Source of the DNA: an uncultured Thermoanaerobaculia bacterium
GTDB lineage: Bacteria; Acidobacteriota; Thermoanaerobaculia; Thermoanaerobaculales; Sulfomarinibacteraceae
Assembly (NCBI GenBank): GCA_964609835.1
Contig: CAZSTH010000002.1
Span: forward strand, 19,227-83,226
Reading direction: 5' to 3'
Length of the DNA stretch: 64,000 nucleotides
In this document: positions 17,606 to 26,028 of the stretch, one piece after another
How positions within the stretch are numbered: the first letter of the stretch is position 1
How the letters are laid out: each line of letters starts with the position of its first letter
Position numbers and translations under genes: made by a program
Notes under the pieces: model-generated
What the model saw: the letters and a program-made list of their open reading frames with translations, nothing else
What the model was told of the DNA's origin: nothing
The model's database searches: none

Positions 17606-18393
17606 AAAAATTTCTCGCCTGCATCGCATGTTCCGTCTTCCTGCTCTCGGCGGCGGCTGCCGGCGAGGCGGCACCGCCCGGGAAGAAGAAGAAGAGCAAG
17701 CAGTCGACGAAGGCGAACGGCAACCCGCTCTACTCGCTGACCCTCATGCGCGAGGCCTCGGTGCTGATGCAGCAAGGCCGTTTCGAGTCCGCACTCGAGC
17801 GGTTCCAGGAGGCCGACCGGGTGGCGCCCGGAAACGCCACGATCTACAACATGGAAGGCCTCTGCCACATGCGGCTCGAACAGTTCGGCGAGGCGCTGGA
17901 AGCCTTCGATCGGGCCCTCAAGGGGGTGCCCGGGTACACAGACGCCCGCAACAACCGCGGTGCCACCTACCTGGCGACCGGCCAGTACCACCTCGCCGAG
18001 GTCGACTTCATAGCCGTACTCGGCGACTCTACCTACCCATACCGCAGACAGGTGTACTACAACCTCGGCATGACCCACCTGCAGCGCAGCCAGTTCGGCG
18101 CCGCGGCGGAGAACTTCCGAAGGGCGATCGCGATGCCCAGCCCGGTCTTCGAAGCCTACCTGAGACTGTCGGAGATCTCCCAGCGCAACGGCGACGCGGA
18201 CAAGGCTCTGGAGCTCTTGGAGGAGGCGCGGCTCAACTTCCCGGAGCGCACCGAGGCCTCGCTCGAGATCGGCAAGTTGTTGATGTCCATGGGCCGCGAT
18301 GAGGAAGCCCGCGAGCATTTCGAACGCGTCATCGAATCGGCACCGTCCTCCGACTCGGCAGTCGCCGCCAAGACCCTTCTCGACACCATCTGA
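17602..18393 (+). CDS. secreted TPR-repeat protein
   Basis: The start overlaps the HD-GYP stop (ATGA). Signal peptide: MKKFLACIACSVFLLSAAAAGEA. TPR-like repeats follow, for example YNMEGLCHMRLEQFGEALEAFDRAL and YYNLGMTHLQRSQFGAAAENFRRAI. Confidence 0.8.
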   Translation: MKKFLACIACSVFLLSAAAAGEAAPPGKKKKSKQSTKANGNPLYSLTLMREASVLMQQGRFESALERFQEADRVAPGNATIYNMEGLCHMRLEQFGEALEAFDRALKGVPGYTDARNNRGATYLATGQYHLAEVDFIAVLGDSTYPYRRQVYYNLGMTHLQRSQFGAAAENFRRAIAMPSPVFEAYLRLSEISQRNGDADKALELLEEARLNFPERTEASLEIGKLLMSMGRDEEAREHFERVIESAPSSDSAVAAKTLLDTI

Positions 18394-18463
18394 TGGCGCT
18401 CCGCGAGCGAGTGGAGGGGCGCGACGCGACGGTCACGCCCGCGGCGAGCACGGGGGTCCCTGG

Positions 18464-18826
18464 ATGCCGTTCAACTACCTCCTGACAAACCTTCTGGTGG
18501 ACGTTCCGCACGCGGTTGGGGCGATCTTCGTCGACCCGGAAGGCGAGGCGGTGGAGTGGGTGACCCGGCACAACGATCCCTTCGACCTCAAGATCGAAGG
18601 CGCCTACCACAGCATTTTCATGCGCCGTCTCGACAAGCTCGCGGCCGGTTCACTCGCTGGATCGGTGGAGACGCTGGTCGTCGAGGGCACCGAGATGGTG
18701 ACGTTGACGCAGGCGCTGCCCGACGGCTACTATGTGGTGCTCGTCCTCGATCGGACCGGCTCCCGTGCCCACGCGATGTATCGGCTCCGCCATGCCGCTA
18801 TCGCGATCGGGCGGGAGATCGTCTGA
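18464..18826 (+). CDS. Roadblock/LC7 (MglB-like) domain protein
   Basis: A 120-aa protein: MPFNYLLTNLLVDVPHAVGAIFVDPEGEAVEWV...VETLVVEGTEMVTLTQALPDGYYVVLVLDR. This fits the Roadblock pattern. The start was set at ATG 18464 rather than the track's 18299. Confidence 0.6.
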   Translation: MPFNYLLTNLLVDVPHAVGAIFVDPEGEAVEWVTRHNDPFDLKIEGAYHSIFMRRLDKLAAGSLAGSVETLVVEGTEMVTLTQALPDGYYVVLVLDRTGSRAHAMYRLRHAAIAIGREIV

Positions 18827-18867
18827 CGGCTGCCGGCACCGTTCGATCGGACACCAACGGGGGTGTG

Positions 18868-19821
18868 ATGGCTCGCTCGTTCGTTGACAAGCTCAAACGC
18901 GGTCTGTTCATGACCCACACCGAGTTCCTCGAGAAGGCCGGCGAGGCGCTCCGCAGAACCGGACCGGTCGAGCCCGCGACCCTCGACCGGCTGGAAGAAG
19001 CCCTGATCTCGAGTGACGCCGGCGTCGAGCTCTCGCTCCGGCTGGTGGACGACCTCCGCGAAGAGGTGCACGCGGGCCGCATTACCTCGTCCGACGAACT
19101 GGTGCCCGCGGTCAGGGAGCGGCTCCTCGCTCTGCTTCGCTCAGCCGAGCCGGACACGAGCCCGGCCGAGGATGACCGGCCGAGGGTCACCCTGCTCGTC
19201 GGGGTCAACGGAACCGGCAAGACCACAACCGCTGCCAAGCTCGCGAAACGCTTGCAGGAGAAGGGGAGGTCGGTCGTATTGGCCGCTGCAGACACGTTTC
19301 GTGCCGCCGCGGTCGAGCAGCTGATGGTCTGGGGCGACCGGGTCGGTGCCCCTGTGGTCCACCAGCAGCAGGGCGCCGACCCGGCGGCGGTCGTCTTCGA
19401 TGCCATCTCGTCAGCGCGCTCGCGCGGCGCCGATGATGTTCTGGTCGACACCGCCGGGCGCCTCCACACCCGCACCAACCTCATGAAGGAGCTGGAGAAG
19501 GTCATCAAGGTCGCCGCGCGCGAGGTGACCGGAGCGCCGCACGAGGTGCTGCTGGTGCTCGACGCCACGACCGGCTCCAACGGCATCGAGCAGGCGCAGC
19601 GATTCGGCGCAATCGCCGGGGTCACCGGGGTGGTTCTGGCCAAGCTCGACGGAACCGCAAAAGGCGGTGTGATCCTCGCCATTGCCGATTCACTCCGGCT
19701 GCCGGTACGATGGGTAGGCGTCGGAGAGAGTGTGGACGACCTCCTGCCCTTTGTTGACACCGATTTCGTCGACTCGCTGCTCGAGATCGATCCGCGAGAC
19801 CGTACCGGGGGTGTTCAGTAG
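18868..19821 (+). CDS. ftsY: signal recognition particle receptor FtsY (short form)
   Basis: LLVGVNGTGKTTTAAKLAKRL, AADTFRAAAVEQL, DTAGRLH, VLAKLDGTAKGG. Confidence 0.9.
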   Translation: MARSFVDKLKRGLFMTHTEFLEKAGEALRRTGPVEPATLDRLEEALISSDAGVELSLRLVDDLREEVHAGRITSSDELVPAVRERLLALLRSAEPDTSPAEDDRPRVTLLVGVNGTGKTTTAAKLAKRLQEKGRSVVLAAADTFRAAAVEQLMVWGDRVGAPVVHQQQGADPAAVVFDAISSARSRGADDVLVDTAGRLHTRTNLMKELEKVIKVAAREVTGAPHEVLLVLDATTGSNGIEQAQRFGAIAGVTGVVLAKLDGTAKGGVILAIADSLRLPVRWVGVGESVDDLLPFVDTDFVDSLLEIDPRDRTGGVQ

Positions 19822-19846
19822 GCCATGCGCGCGACAACGGAAGCGA

Positions 19847-21067
19847 ATGCGCCGCCCTGAACCCGAGGGGCCACCACCGTGCGACGGAGTCCATCGAGGT
19901 CCCGCCCGAGGCGGACACGGTGACGACGGCAGTTCATCGGACCGGCCGCACGGCGACCGCCAGTGGATGGCCCATGCGCTCGCGCTCGCGGCCCGCGGCC
20001 GCTGCGGGGCCTCTCCCAACCCGATGGTCGGCGCGGTGGTGGTGGATGCCGAGGGCACTCTTGCCGGTGAGGGGTTTCACGCCGCATTCGGCGGTCCCCA
20101 CGCGGAGGTCGAGGCCCTCTCCGAAGCCGGCGAGCGTGCGCGCGGCGGCACCCTCTATGTGACCCTCGAACCCTGCGCCCGCCACGGCAAGACTCCGCCG
20201 TGCGTCGATGCCGTGATCGCCGCCGGGATCTTCCGCATCGTGATCGCCATGTCCGATCCCACCGCTGCGGGTGGAGGTGCCGACCGGCTGCGGGCCGAAG
20301 GCCTCGAGGTCCACGAGGGACCGGGCGCGGAGCAGAGCCGGAGCCTCAATCGCCGTTGGCTGCACTGGGCCAGGTTTCGCCGGCCGTGGGTCACCCTCAA
20401 GGCGGCGGTGTCGATGGACGGCAAGGTTGCCACCCGCGAGGGCGACTCGATGTGGATCACCGGTGAGGCTGCGCGGCGGCGGGGGCTCGAGCTCCGCGAG
20501 GAGCACGACGCCATCCTGGTCGGAGTCGACACGGTTATCGCGGATGATCCGCGACTGACCCGCAGGCTCGGCCTCAATCCGGTCGCGGGCTGGCGACGCG
20601 TCGTCCTCGACTCCACGCTGCGGACCCCGAGCGAGGCCCGCGTAGTGGCCGCCGATCCCGAGACCACCCTCGTGCTCCACACCTCCGCCGCCGGCGACGA
20701 GGATCGACGCCGCCTTCGCGACGCGGGCGTCGAGCTGGTCGAGCTGCGCGCCGGGGACGACGGCCGCGTCGACATCGAGGCCGTGCTCGACACGCTCGGG
20801 CGGCGCGAGATCGCCGCGCTGTTGGTGGAGGGCGGCCCGACGGTGCACGGCTCGCTGTGTGACGCCGAGCTGGTGGACGAGGTGGCGCTCTTCATGGCGC
20901 CCTTCATCATCGGCGGATCGGCGGCCCCATCGGCGGTGGCGGGCCGCGGCATTGCGACACTGGAGGCGGCGAGGCGACTCCGCTTCGAGGCGATCGAACG
21001 CCACGGAGAGGATTTCGAGATTCGCGCGGTTCGCGCGGAGGACGCGGATGTTCACAGGTCTGATTGA
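19847..21067 (+). CDS. ribD: bifunctional riboflavin biosynthesis protein RibD (deaminase/reductase)
   Basis: DRQWMAHALALAARGRCGASPNPMVGAVVV, GGPHAEVEAL, LYVTLEPCARHGKTPPC; reductase half: VTLKAAVSMDGKVA, LLVEGGPTVHGS. The start is uncertain: ATG 19847 was chosen, but the true start may be further downstream. Confidence 0.85.
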   Translation: MRRPEPEGPPPCDGVHRGPARGGHGDDGSSSDRPHGDRQWMAHALALAARGRCGASPNPMVGAVVVDAEGTLAGEGFHAAFGGPHAEVEALSEAGERARGGTLYVTLEPCARHGKTPPCVDAVIAAGIFRIVIAMSDPTAAGGGADRLRAEGLEVHEGPGAEQSRSLNRRWLHWARFRRPWVTLKAAVSMDGKVATREGDSMWITGEAARRRGLELREEHDAILVGVDTVIADDPRLTRRLGLNPVAGWRRVVLDSTLRTPSEARVVAADPETTLVLHTSAAGDEDRRRLRDAGVELVELRAGDDGRVDIEAVLDTLGRREIAALLVEGGPTVHGSLCDAELVDEVALFMAPFIIGGSAAPSAVAGRGIATLEAARRLRFEAIERHGEDFEIRAVRAEDADVHRSD

Positions 21068-21689
21068 GGCCGTCGGTACAGTCACTCGCCTCAACCGGGG
21101 CAGCTCCGGCGGCAGGTTGGAGGTTTCGGTGGACTGGCCGGATGCCGAGCCTCCGCAGCGGGGCGACAGCATCGCGGTGGACGGCGCCTGCCTGACGGCC
21201 ATCGACCCGACAGGCAACGGCTTCGCGGCCGATCTGTCCCCCGAAACCCTCGACCGCACCCTGCTCGGTCGCCTCCAGCCAGGCGCTCGCGTCAATCTCG
21301 AGCGGGCCCTTCGGCTCGGCGACCGCCTCGGAGGACACATCGTCCAGGGTCACGTGGACACCGTCACCCGGGTCCTGGCGATCACGTCCGCGGGCGGCTT
21401 CCAGCAATGGCGGTTCGAGCTGCCCGGCGCGCTCGAGAACGAGGTGGCCGGGAAGGGCAGCATCGCGATCCAGGGCGTGTCTCTGACCGTCGCCGCGGTC
21501 GGGCCCGGGTGGTTCGAGGTGGCGCTGATACCCGCAACCCTCGACGCCACGACCCTCGGCGGGCTGCGTTCCGGTTCGACGGTCCACCTGGAAACCGACG
21601 TGCTCGCCAAGTACGTGGCGAGGCGGCTCCGGCAGTCGGGGCCCTCGGCTCTGGAGGAGGTCTTCGGCGGCGGAGGCGGCGGTGCGTAG
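21048..21689 (+). CDS. ribE: riboflavin synthase
   Basis: MFTGLIEAVGTVTRL..., GDSIAVDGACLT, GGHIVQGHVD, GSIAIQGVSLTV. It overlaps the ribD end by 20 nt. Confidence 0.9.
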   Translation: MFTGLIEAVGTVTRLNRGSSGGRLEVSVDWPDAEPPQRGDSIAVDGACLTAIDPTGNGFAADLSPETLDRTLLGRLQPGARVNLERALRLGDRLGGHIVQGHVDTVTRVLAITSAGGFQQWRFELPGALENEVAGKGSIAIQGVSLTVAAVGPGWFEVALIPATLDATTLGGLRSGSTVHLETDVLAKYVARRLRQSGPSALEEVFGGGGGGA

Positions 21690-22695
21690 GATCGAGCCCG
21701 CCTACCCGGATCTGCTCCCGGTCACCCATGTCTTGCGTCCGGGCTACCTGCCCGGCGAAAAGGTGGCTCTCGAGCCGATCAAGCTCGGTGTGGTGTGGGA
21801 GGACGCTCCCGCCCGGGTCCTCCCTACGTCGGGCTCCGTGCCGCGCGACCCGGTGCGGGCGATCGCGTTCGCCAGGGTCGCCGCGGAGCGGAAGGACATC
21901 TTCCAACGGCTCCTGGCGCGCGGCAGCACCGCGCTCGTCGTGCTCGACGACCTCGAGATCACCCCCTCCGACCTCGGACTCCCGGAGGCCTCCGGCAACG
22001 GGTCGGTCACGATGCTACTGCCGGTGCTCCCGTACCCGTTGAGCGACGGCCTGCAGCTCCCGGAGGCATGGTCCAAGATGCCGTGGGGCGCGGTGCTCGG
22101 GCTGTTCCCGTTCCCGGGCGCGGTGCCCGAGGTCGAGCGCCGCATCGAACAGCTCAAGAACGCCGGCGCCGCTTTCGCGATTTCTGCTCCCCTGCTCCTG
22201 ACCCCCAAGGACCGCCACCGCATCCTCGACGGGTGCGAGGGGACCGGGGTCGAGGCCGAGCTCGAGAACGCGCTCTTCCACGCCGATGTCAGTCGCGGTT
22301 TGCACGCCCTCGAGCGGGCCACCGGCGTCACCCTGGAAACCGCGGGTATGGACGCTTTCGTCCCCTGCCTGGTGCCTGCGGGCTACGATCCGAGGGCCGT
22401 GCGCACGGCCGCAGTGCTCCGACTGTGGGCGCGGCGCCTCGACCAGTGCCACGAAGAGAGCTCGTGGGGGTGGCGGCTGCGGCGCGCCGCGGCCGCCCTC
22501 GACCGCCTACCGAACGATCCCCAGACCCTCGCCGAGGAAAACAATCTGCGAATCATCCCCGGCTTCGATCCCTGGGTCGAGAGCTTTACCCGAGGGATCT
22601 GGCACGGCGGTGAGCCGGTCGAGTCGGCGTGGCAGCTGTGGTCGGGGACCGACGGCGACGGCGAGCACCCGAGGCGGCGCAGGACCGACGCTTGA
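21682..22695 (+). CDS. hypothetical protein (337 aa) translationally coupled to ribE
   Basis: The GTG start overlaps the ribE stop by 8 nt. Amino-acid composition is balanced, unlike the Arg-rich shadow ORFs covering the same region. No family was recognised by eye. Confidence 0.5.
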   Translation: MRRIEPAYPDLLPVTHVLRPGYLPGEKVALEPIKLGVVWEDAPARVLPTSGSVPRDPVRAIAFARVAAERKDIFQRLLARGSTALVVLDDLEITPSDLGLPEASGNGSVTMLLPVLPYPLSDGLQLPEAWSKMPWGAVLGLFPFPGAVPEVERRIEQLKNAGAAFAISAPLLLTPKDRHRILDGCEGTGVEAELENALFHADVSRGLHALERATGVTLETAGMDAFVPCLVPAGYDPRAVRTAAVLRLWARRLDQCHEESSWGWRLRRAAAALDRLPNDPQTLAEENNLRIIPGFDPWVESFTRGIWHGGEPVESAWQLWSGTDGDGEHPRRRRTDA

Positions 22696-22768
22696 ACGGA
22701 GAACGCCCCGGCCGCTGGAACAGATGCACGGCCGCGACGGTTAAACCACCCATTACAAGGAGGATCTC

Positions 22769-22975
22769 ATGGCGCACAAGGTCTACAAGAAGATCACGGT
22801 CACCGGCTGCTCGGACGAGAGCTACGAGAAGGCGTGCGAGATTGCGCTCGAGAAGGCCTCGGACAGCGTGAGGGGCCTCGCCTGGTTCGAGGTCACCGAG
22901 ATGCGCGGTGGCATCGGCGACGACGGTAAGGTGGAGTGGCAGGCCACTCTCGAGGTCGCGTTCAAGGTAGATTGA
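22769..22975 (+). CDS. dodecin-family flavin-binding protein
   Basis: The 68-aa MAHKVYKKITVTGCSDESYEKACEIALEKASDSVRGLAWFEVTEMRGGIGDDGKVEWQATLEVAFKVD matches the dodecin pattern (VYKxxExxGxS...RxLxWFEVxExRG...YQVxLxVxF). AAGGAGG lies upstream. Confidence 0.85.
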   Translation: MAHKVYKKITVTGCSDESYEKACEIALEKASDSVRGLAWFEVTEMRGGIGDDGKVEWQATLEVAFKVD

Positions 22976-23098
22976 TGTGAAGGCGCGAAGCGCCTGAACC
23001 CCGTATCCGTGCCCGCATCCCCACCCGAAATGGAACAACCTGCGGGCACGGAACGGGCTTGCAACCCACCTTCAATCACTGTATTCTCCCCCGCGCGT

Positions 23099-23174
23099 GG
23101 GGCCGTAGCTCAGTTGGGAGAGCGCAGCGTTCGCAATGCTGAGGTCGTGGGTTCGATCCCCATCGGCTCCACCA
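23099..23174 (+). tRNA. tRNA-Ala (anticodon CGC), CCA encoded
   Basis: Cloverleaf folded by hand: acceptor GGGGCCG/CGGCTCC with the G3:U70 Ala identity pair, D-stem GCTC/GAGC, anticodon stem CAGCG/TGCTG with loop TTCGCAA, T-arm GTGGG-TTCGATC-CCCAT, discriminator A, then CCA. Confidence 0.9.
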
Positions 23175-23320
23175 TGCTTCGTTTTCGCCCCCCGGTCGGA
23201 AACGGAGCCAGCCACGGCGTAGCCAAAGGCGAAGCCGAACTGACCCGGCCGAAGCCAGCGGGTCGAAAAGTACCCCCAGGCAGGCCAACAATCCCCGTCC
23301 ACGCACCAAAGGGGATTTAG

Positions 23321-23566
23321 GCTTCGTTCCACTACGCCTATATCCTCACGAGCTTGAACCAGGCTGGCCGACACTACACCGGCTCCACTCACAACCTCGA
23401 TTCGAGGATCAACGATCACAACTCGGGCAAGCTGCCGCATACCCGAAACGGTCGCCCGTGGCGCATCGAGACAGCGATCGCTTTTCGAGCCCGCGAAAAG
23501 GCCATGGCCTTCGAACGCCATTTCGAATCCCATTCCGGACGCGCCTTCGCCTCGAAACACTTCTGA
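23321..23566 (+). pseudogene. small GIY-YIG nuclease-family gene lacking a canonical start codon
   Basis: The frame reads (stop TAG 23318)-ASFHYAYILTSLNQAGRHYTGSTHNLDSRINDHNSGKLPHTRNGRPWRIETAIAFRAREKAMAFERHFESHSGRAFASKHF. The GIY-type strand YAYIL lies upstream of the first usable start (TTG 23354). There is no ATG, GTG or TTG between the TAG and that motif. Confidence 0.6.
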
Positions 23567-23594
23567 ACCGTGCCGTAGCGCCTCGATTTCACCC

Positions 23595-23652
23595 GAGCAC
23601 GGGGTTGAGGCGCATCTTCGGGGCCCAGGATGGGCTCGCATACCCCGAGCAG
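23595..23652 (+). repeat. copy A of a ~58-nt dispersed repeat (partner inverted at 41104-41161)
   Basis: gagcacggggttgaggc is identical over 17 nt. The following ~45 nt are about 75-80% identical (ttcggggccc.ggatgggctc.cat.c.ccga). Confidence 0.7.
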
Positions 23653-23774
23653 TCCCCGATGCGGCAGGAAATTGCGGTCGGGAGTGCGGGTCTCCGGGCA
23701 ACACCCTCCGAACCCCGGCCCCCCCCGTCCGGCCGCCGCCTCCACGAGCACACTCTGCACGGAGGGGAGGCGCA

Positions 23775-23899
23775 AATGGGAATGGGAATGGGTGCCAGGG
23801 CCGACACTTTGGACACTCTTGGACCAAGAGCCTGCGATGTCCACCTAAAGTGTCAAAAGTGTCGGCCCTGGCACTTATGCTTATGCTTATGCACTTATG
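23775..23899. repeat. REPIN-like long hairpin flanked by hexamer arrays
   Basis: Layout: (aatggg)x3 at 23775-23792; left arm GTGCCAGGGCCGACACTTTGGACACT at 23792-23817; a 31-nt loop; right arm AGTGTCAAAAGTGTCGGCCCTGGCAC at 23849-23874 (25/26 complementary); then (cttatg)x3 plus cacttatg at 23874-23899. Confidence 0.85.
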
Positions 23900-23936
23900 G
23901 ATCAGCATCTGGCGCGCCATCGATCGTACCGCCCAC

Positions 23937-25202
23937 TCAGATTCGTTTCGGCCACAATGTCGCGACCTTGGCGCCGCCGAGCGGCGAGTCGCCGATCTTC
24001 AGCCGGCCGCCGTGCCGATCCATGATCCGGCTGGCGATCGCGAGGCCGAGCCCCACGCCGCCGGTCGCGCGGCTCCGATCCGCCTCGACCCGGACGAAGG
24101 GCGTCATCGCCCTCTCCCTGAGCGCTTCCGGGATGCCGGGACCGTCATCATGGACCGACACCCGAATGGATTCCTCATCGTCCGTCAGCACCAGCTGGAC
24201 CCGGTTTTCGGCATGGCGGACGGCGTTTCGCAGGAGGTTCTCGATCGCTCGCAGAAAGAGGCGTTGATCCGCGAGGACCGAGGCGTGGTCCGGGAGCACG
24301 CAGTCCACGTCGATCGTCCGGTCGTCCGGGGTCTCGAGCCGCGCCAGCTCGGCGAGGTCGGCGAGGCCACGGATCGGATCGAACTCGACCCGTTCGAGCT
24401 CGAGCTCATCGGACTGGACGTAGGACAGCAGCTCCGCCACGAGCTCGTCCAGCGCGTCGAGCTCGCAGGTCATCGCGTCGAGCCGCTCGTCGCGGCTCTC
24501 CTCCGGGCCGCTGGACAACAGCTCGATGTGGAAGCGGAGCCGTGACAGCGGCGAGCCGAGCTCGTGCGACACGGCCTGGACGAGCTCCTGGCGGCTTCGC
24601 ATCAGGTGCTCGATGCGCTCCGCCATCTCGTTGAACTGCTCCGCGAGCTCGGTCGAGGATCCGCCGGCGCGTTCGACTCGCGCGCTGAGTTCGCCGACCG
24701 CCAGGGCCTGGCTCGCGCGTTCGACCTTTCTCAGCTCGCGCTCCACGCGGATCGCAATGAAGCCGGCGATCAACGGCAGGCCGACGAGCGCAACAACAGC
24801 CCCGACCGGAAGGATGCCCGAGGGGAAGACAGCGTTGACGGGACCGGCCGCAAGCGCGATCTTCCCGTCCGCGAAGACCACGAAGTACCACTGCTCCCGT
24901 GCCGCGACCCGGAGTCGAATCCGCTCGCCGGGACTGACCGGTCGACCCACTCGGCGTTCCACTTCATCGGGCGTGATCAGGGCCAGGTCGACGGAGAAGT
25001 GGGGTTGCAGCTCGCGCAACCGGCTGGCCCGGTCGGCCGCCGGCTCCCTGGCCAACATGTCGTGAACCAGCACGACGCCGTCACGGCGGGCGTCGTCCTC
25101 TGTCCACGATCGGCTTCGGGCGTACAAGAAGACGACCACGAACCCCAGCGCCCAACACACCAGCACGCTGCTGACGATCAGACGTATGAACGAGCGTCTC
25201 AC
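23937..25202 (-). CDS. sensor histidine kinase (TM-HAMP-HisKA-HATPase)
   Basis: VSHELGSPLSRLRFHIELL (H-box), NLLRNAVRHA (N-box), DDGPGIP, GGVGLGLAIASRIMDRHGG. Confidence 0.9.
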   Translation of the reverse strand: MRRSFIRLIVSSVLVCWALGFVVVFLYARSRSWTEDDARRDGVVLVHDMLAREPAADRASRLRELQPHFSVDLALITPDEVERRVGRPVSPGERIRLRVAAREQWYFVVFADGKIALAAGPVNAVFPSGILPVGAVVALVGLPLIAGFIAIRVERELRKVERASQALAVGELSARVERAGGSSTELAEQFNEMAERIEHLMRSRQELVQAVSHELGSPLSRLRFHIELLSSGPEESRDERLDAMTCELDALDELVAELLSYVQSDELELERVEFDPIRGLADLAELARLETPDDRTIDVDCVLPDHASVLADQRLFLRAIENLLRNAVRHAENRVQLVLTDDEESIRVSVHDDGPGIPEALRERAMTPFVRVEADRSRATGGVGLGLAIASRIMDRHGGRLKIGDSPLGGAKVATLWPKRI

Positions 25203-25906
25203 CGCGAAGCCAGGAGGTAGCCGACGCCCCGGACGGACTTGAGGCGGCTCGGGTCGAAGCCGTGATGCTCGAGCTTGCGTCGGATGCGGCTGATGTGGAC
25301 GTCGAGGCCGCGGTCGAAACCATCGTACTGGATGCCGATCGCCGTGGCGTACAACTCCTCGCGCTTCACGACACTGCCCGCCTCCTTCGCGAGCATCGCC
25401 AGGACATCGAACTCCATCGACGTGAGCGGCACGAGCTGGCCATCGACGCGGACGTCGCGTGACTGAATGTCGACCTCGAGCGATCCGACGGTGAGAATCC
25501 CGTGGTCGGCATCCCTGGCGACGGTCTGGCCGCCGCCGAGTCGCCGCAGCTGCGTGCGGATTCGCGCCAGCAGGACTCGCGGATCGATCGGCTTGGTCAC
25601 GAAGTCGTCGGCGCCGAGCTCCAGCCCGGCAACGTGGTCCGCTTCGCTCTGGCTTGCGGTGAGCATCAGAATCGCTCCCGAGTAGGCGTCGCGAACCCGG
25701 CGACAGACGTCGAGGCCGTTCGCCCCGGGCAGCATCAGGTCCAGAATGACCACGTCGGGCCGGCTCTCGAGAATCCTTTCGGCGCCGGCATCCCCTGACG
25801 CGACCCGTTCGAGCTCGAAACCGTGCTTACCGAGGTATTCGAGCAACAAAGCCGCCAGCTGGTCGTCGTCTTCGACGATGAGCACACGGGGTGTGACGGC
25901 CTGCAT
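25199..25906 (-). CDS. OmpR-family response regulator
   Basis: RVLIVEDDDQLAALL, VILDLMLPG, DDFVTKP; winged-helix part: LTSMEFDVLAMLA...VHISRIRRKLE...SVRGVGYLL. It overlaps the kinase start by 4 nt. ATG 25906 was chosen. Confidence 0.9.
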   Translation of the reverse strand: MQAVTPRVLIVEDDDQLAALLLEYLGKHGFELERVASGDAGAERILESRPDVVILDLMLPGANGLDVCRRVRDAYSGAILMLTASQSEADHVAGLELGADDFVTKPIDPRVLLARIRTQLRRLGGGQTVARDADHGILTVGSLEVDIQSRDVRVDGQLVPLTSMEFDVLAMLAKEAGSVVKREELYATAIGIQYDGFDRGLDVHISRIRRKLEHHGFDPSRLKSVRGVGYLLASR

Positions 25907-26028
25907 CGCAGGTCGAACACTAGCACGACAGCACCCTGTAACCCGCCTGGCGTCTCTACATTCCGCTACAAAACTCATCCGTTTGTCCATAGATACGAAT
26001 GCTTTCGCGCCCTATATTCCAGGGCGTC

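Noticed and set aside
19822-19846. FMN riboswitch expected upstream of ribD
   Set aside because: Only 25 nt separate ftsY from the ribD start. There is no room for the ~140-nt RFN element.
23099-25202. tRNA-Ala flank as an integrated genomic island with defined att sites
   Set aside because: I found no integrase and no direct repeat of the tRNA 3' end. It is reported only as decayed DNA, not as a mobile element.
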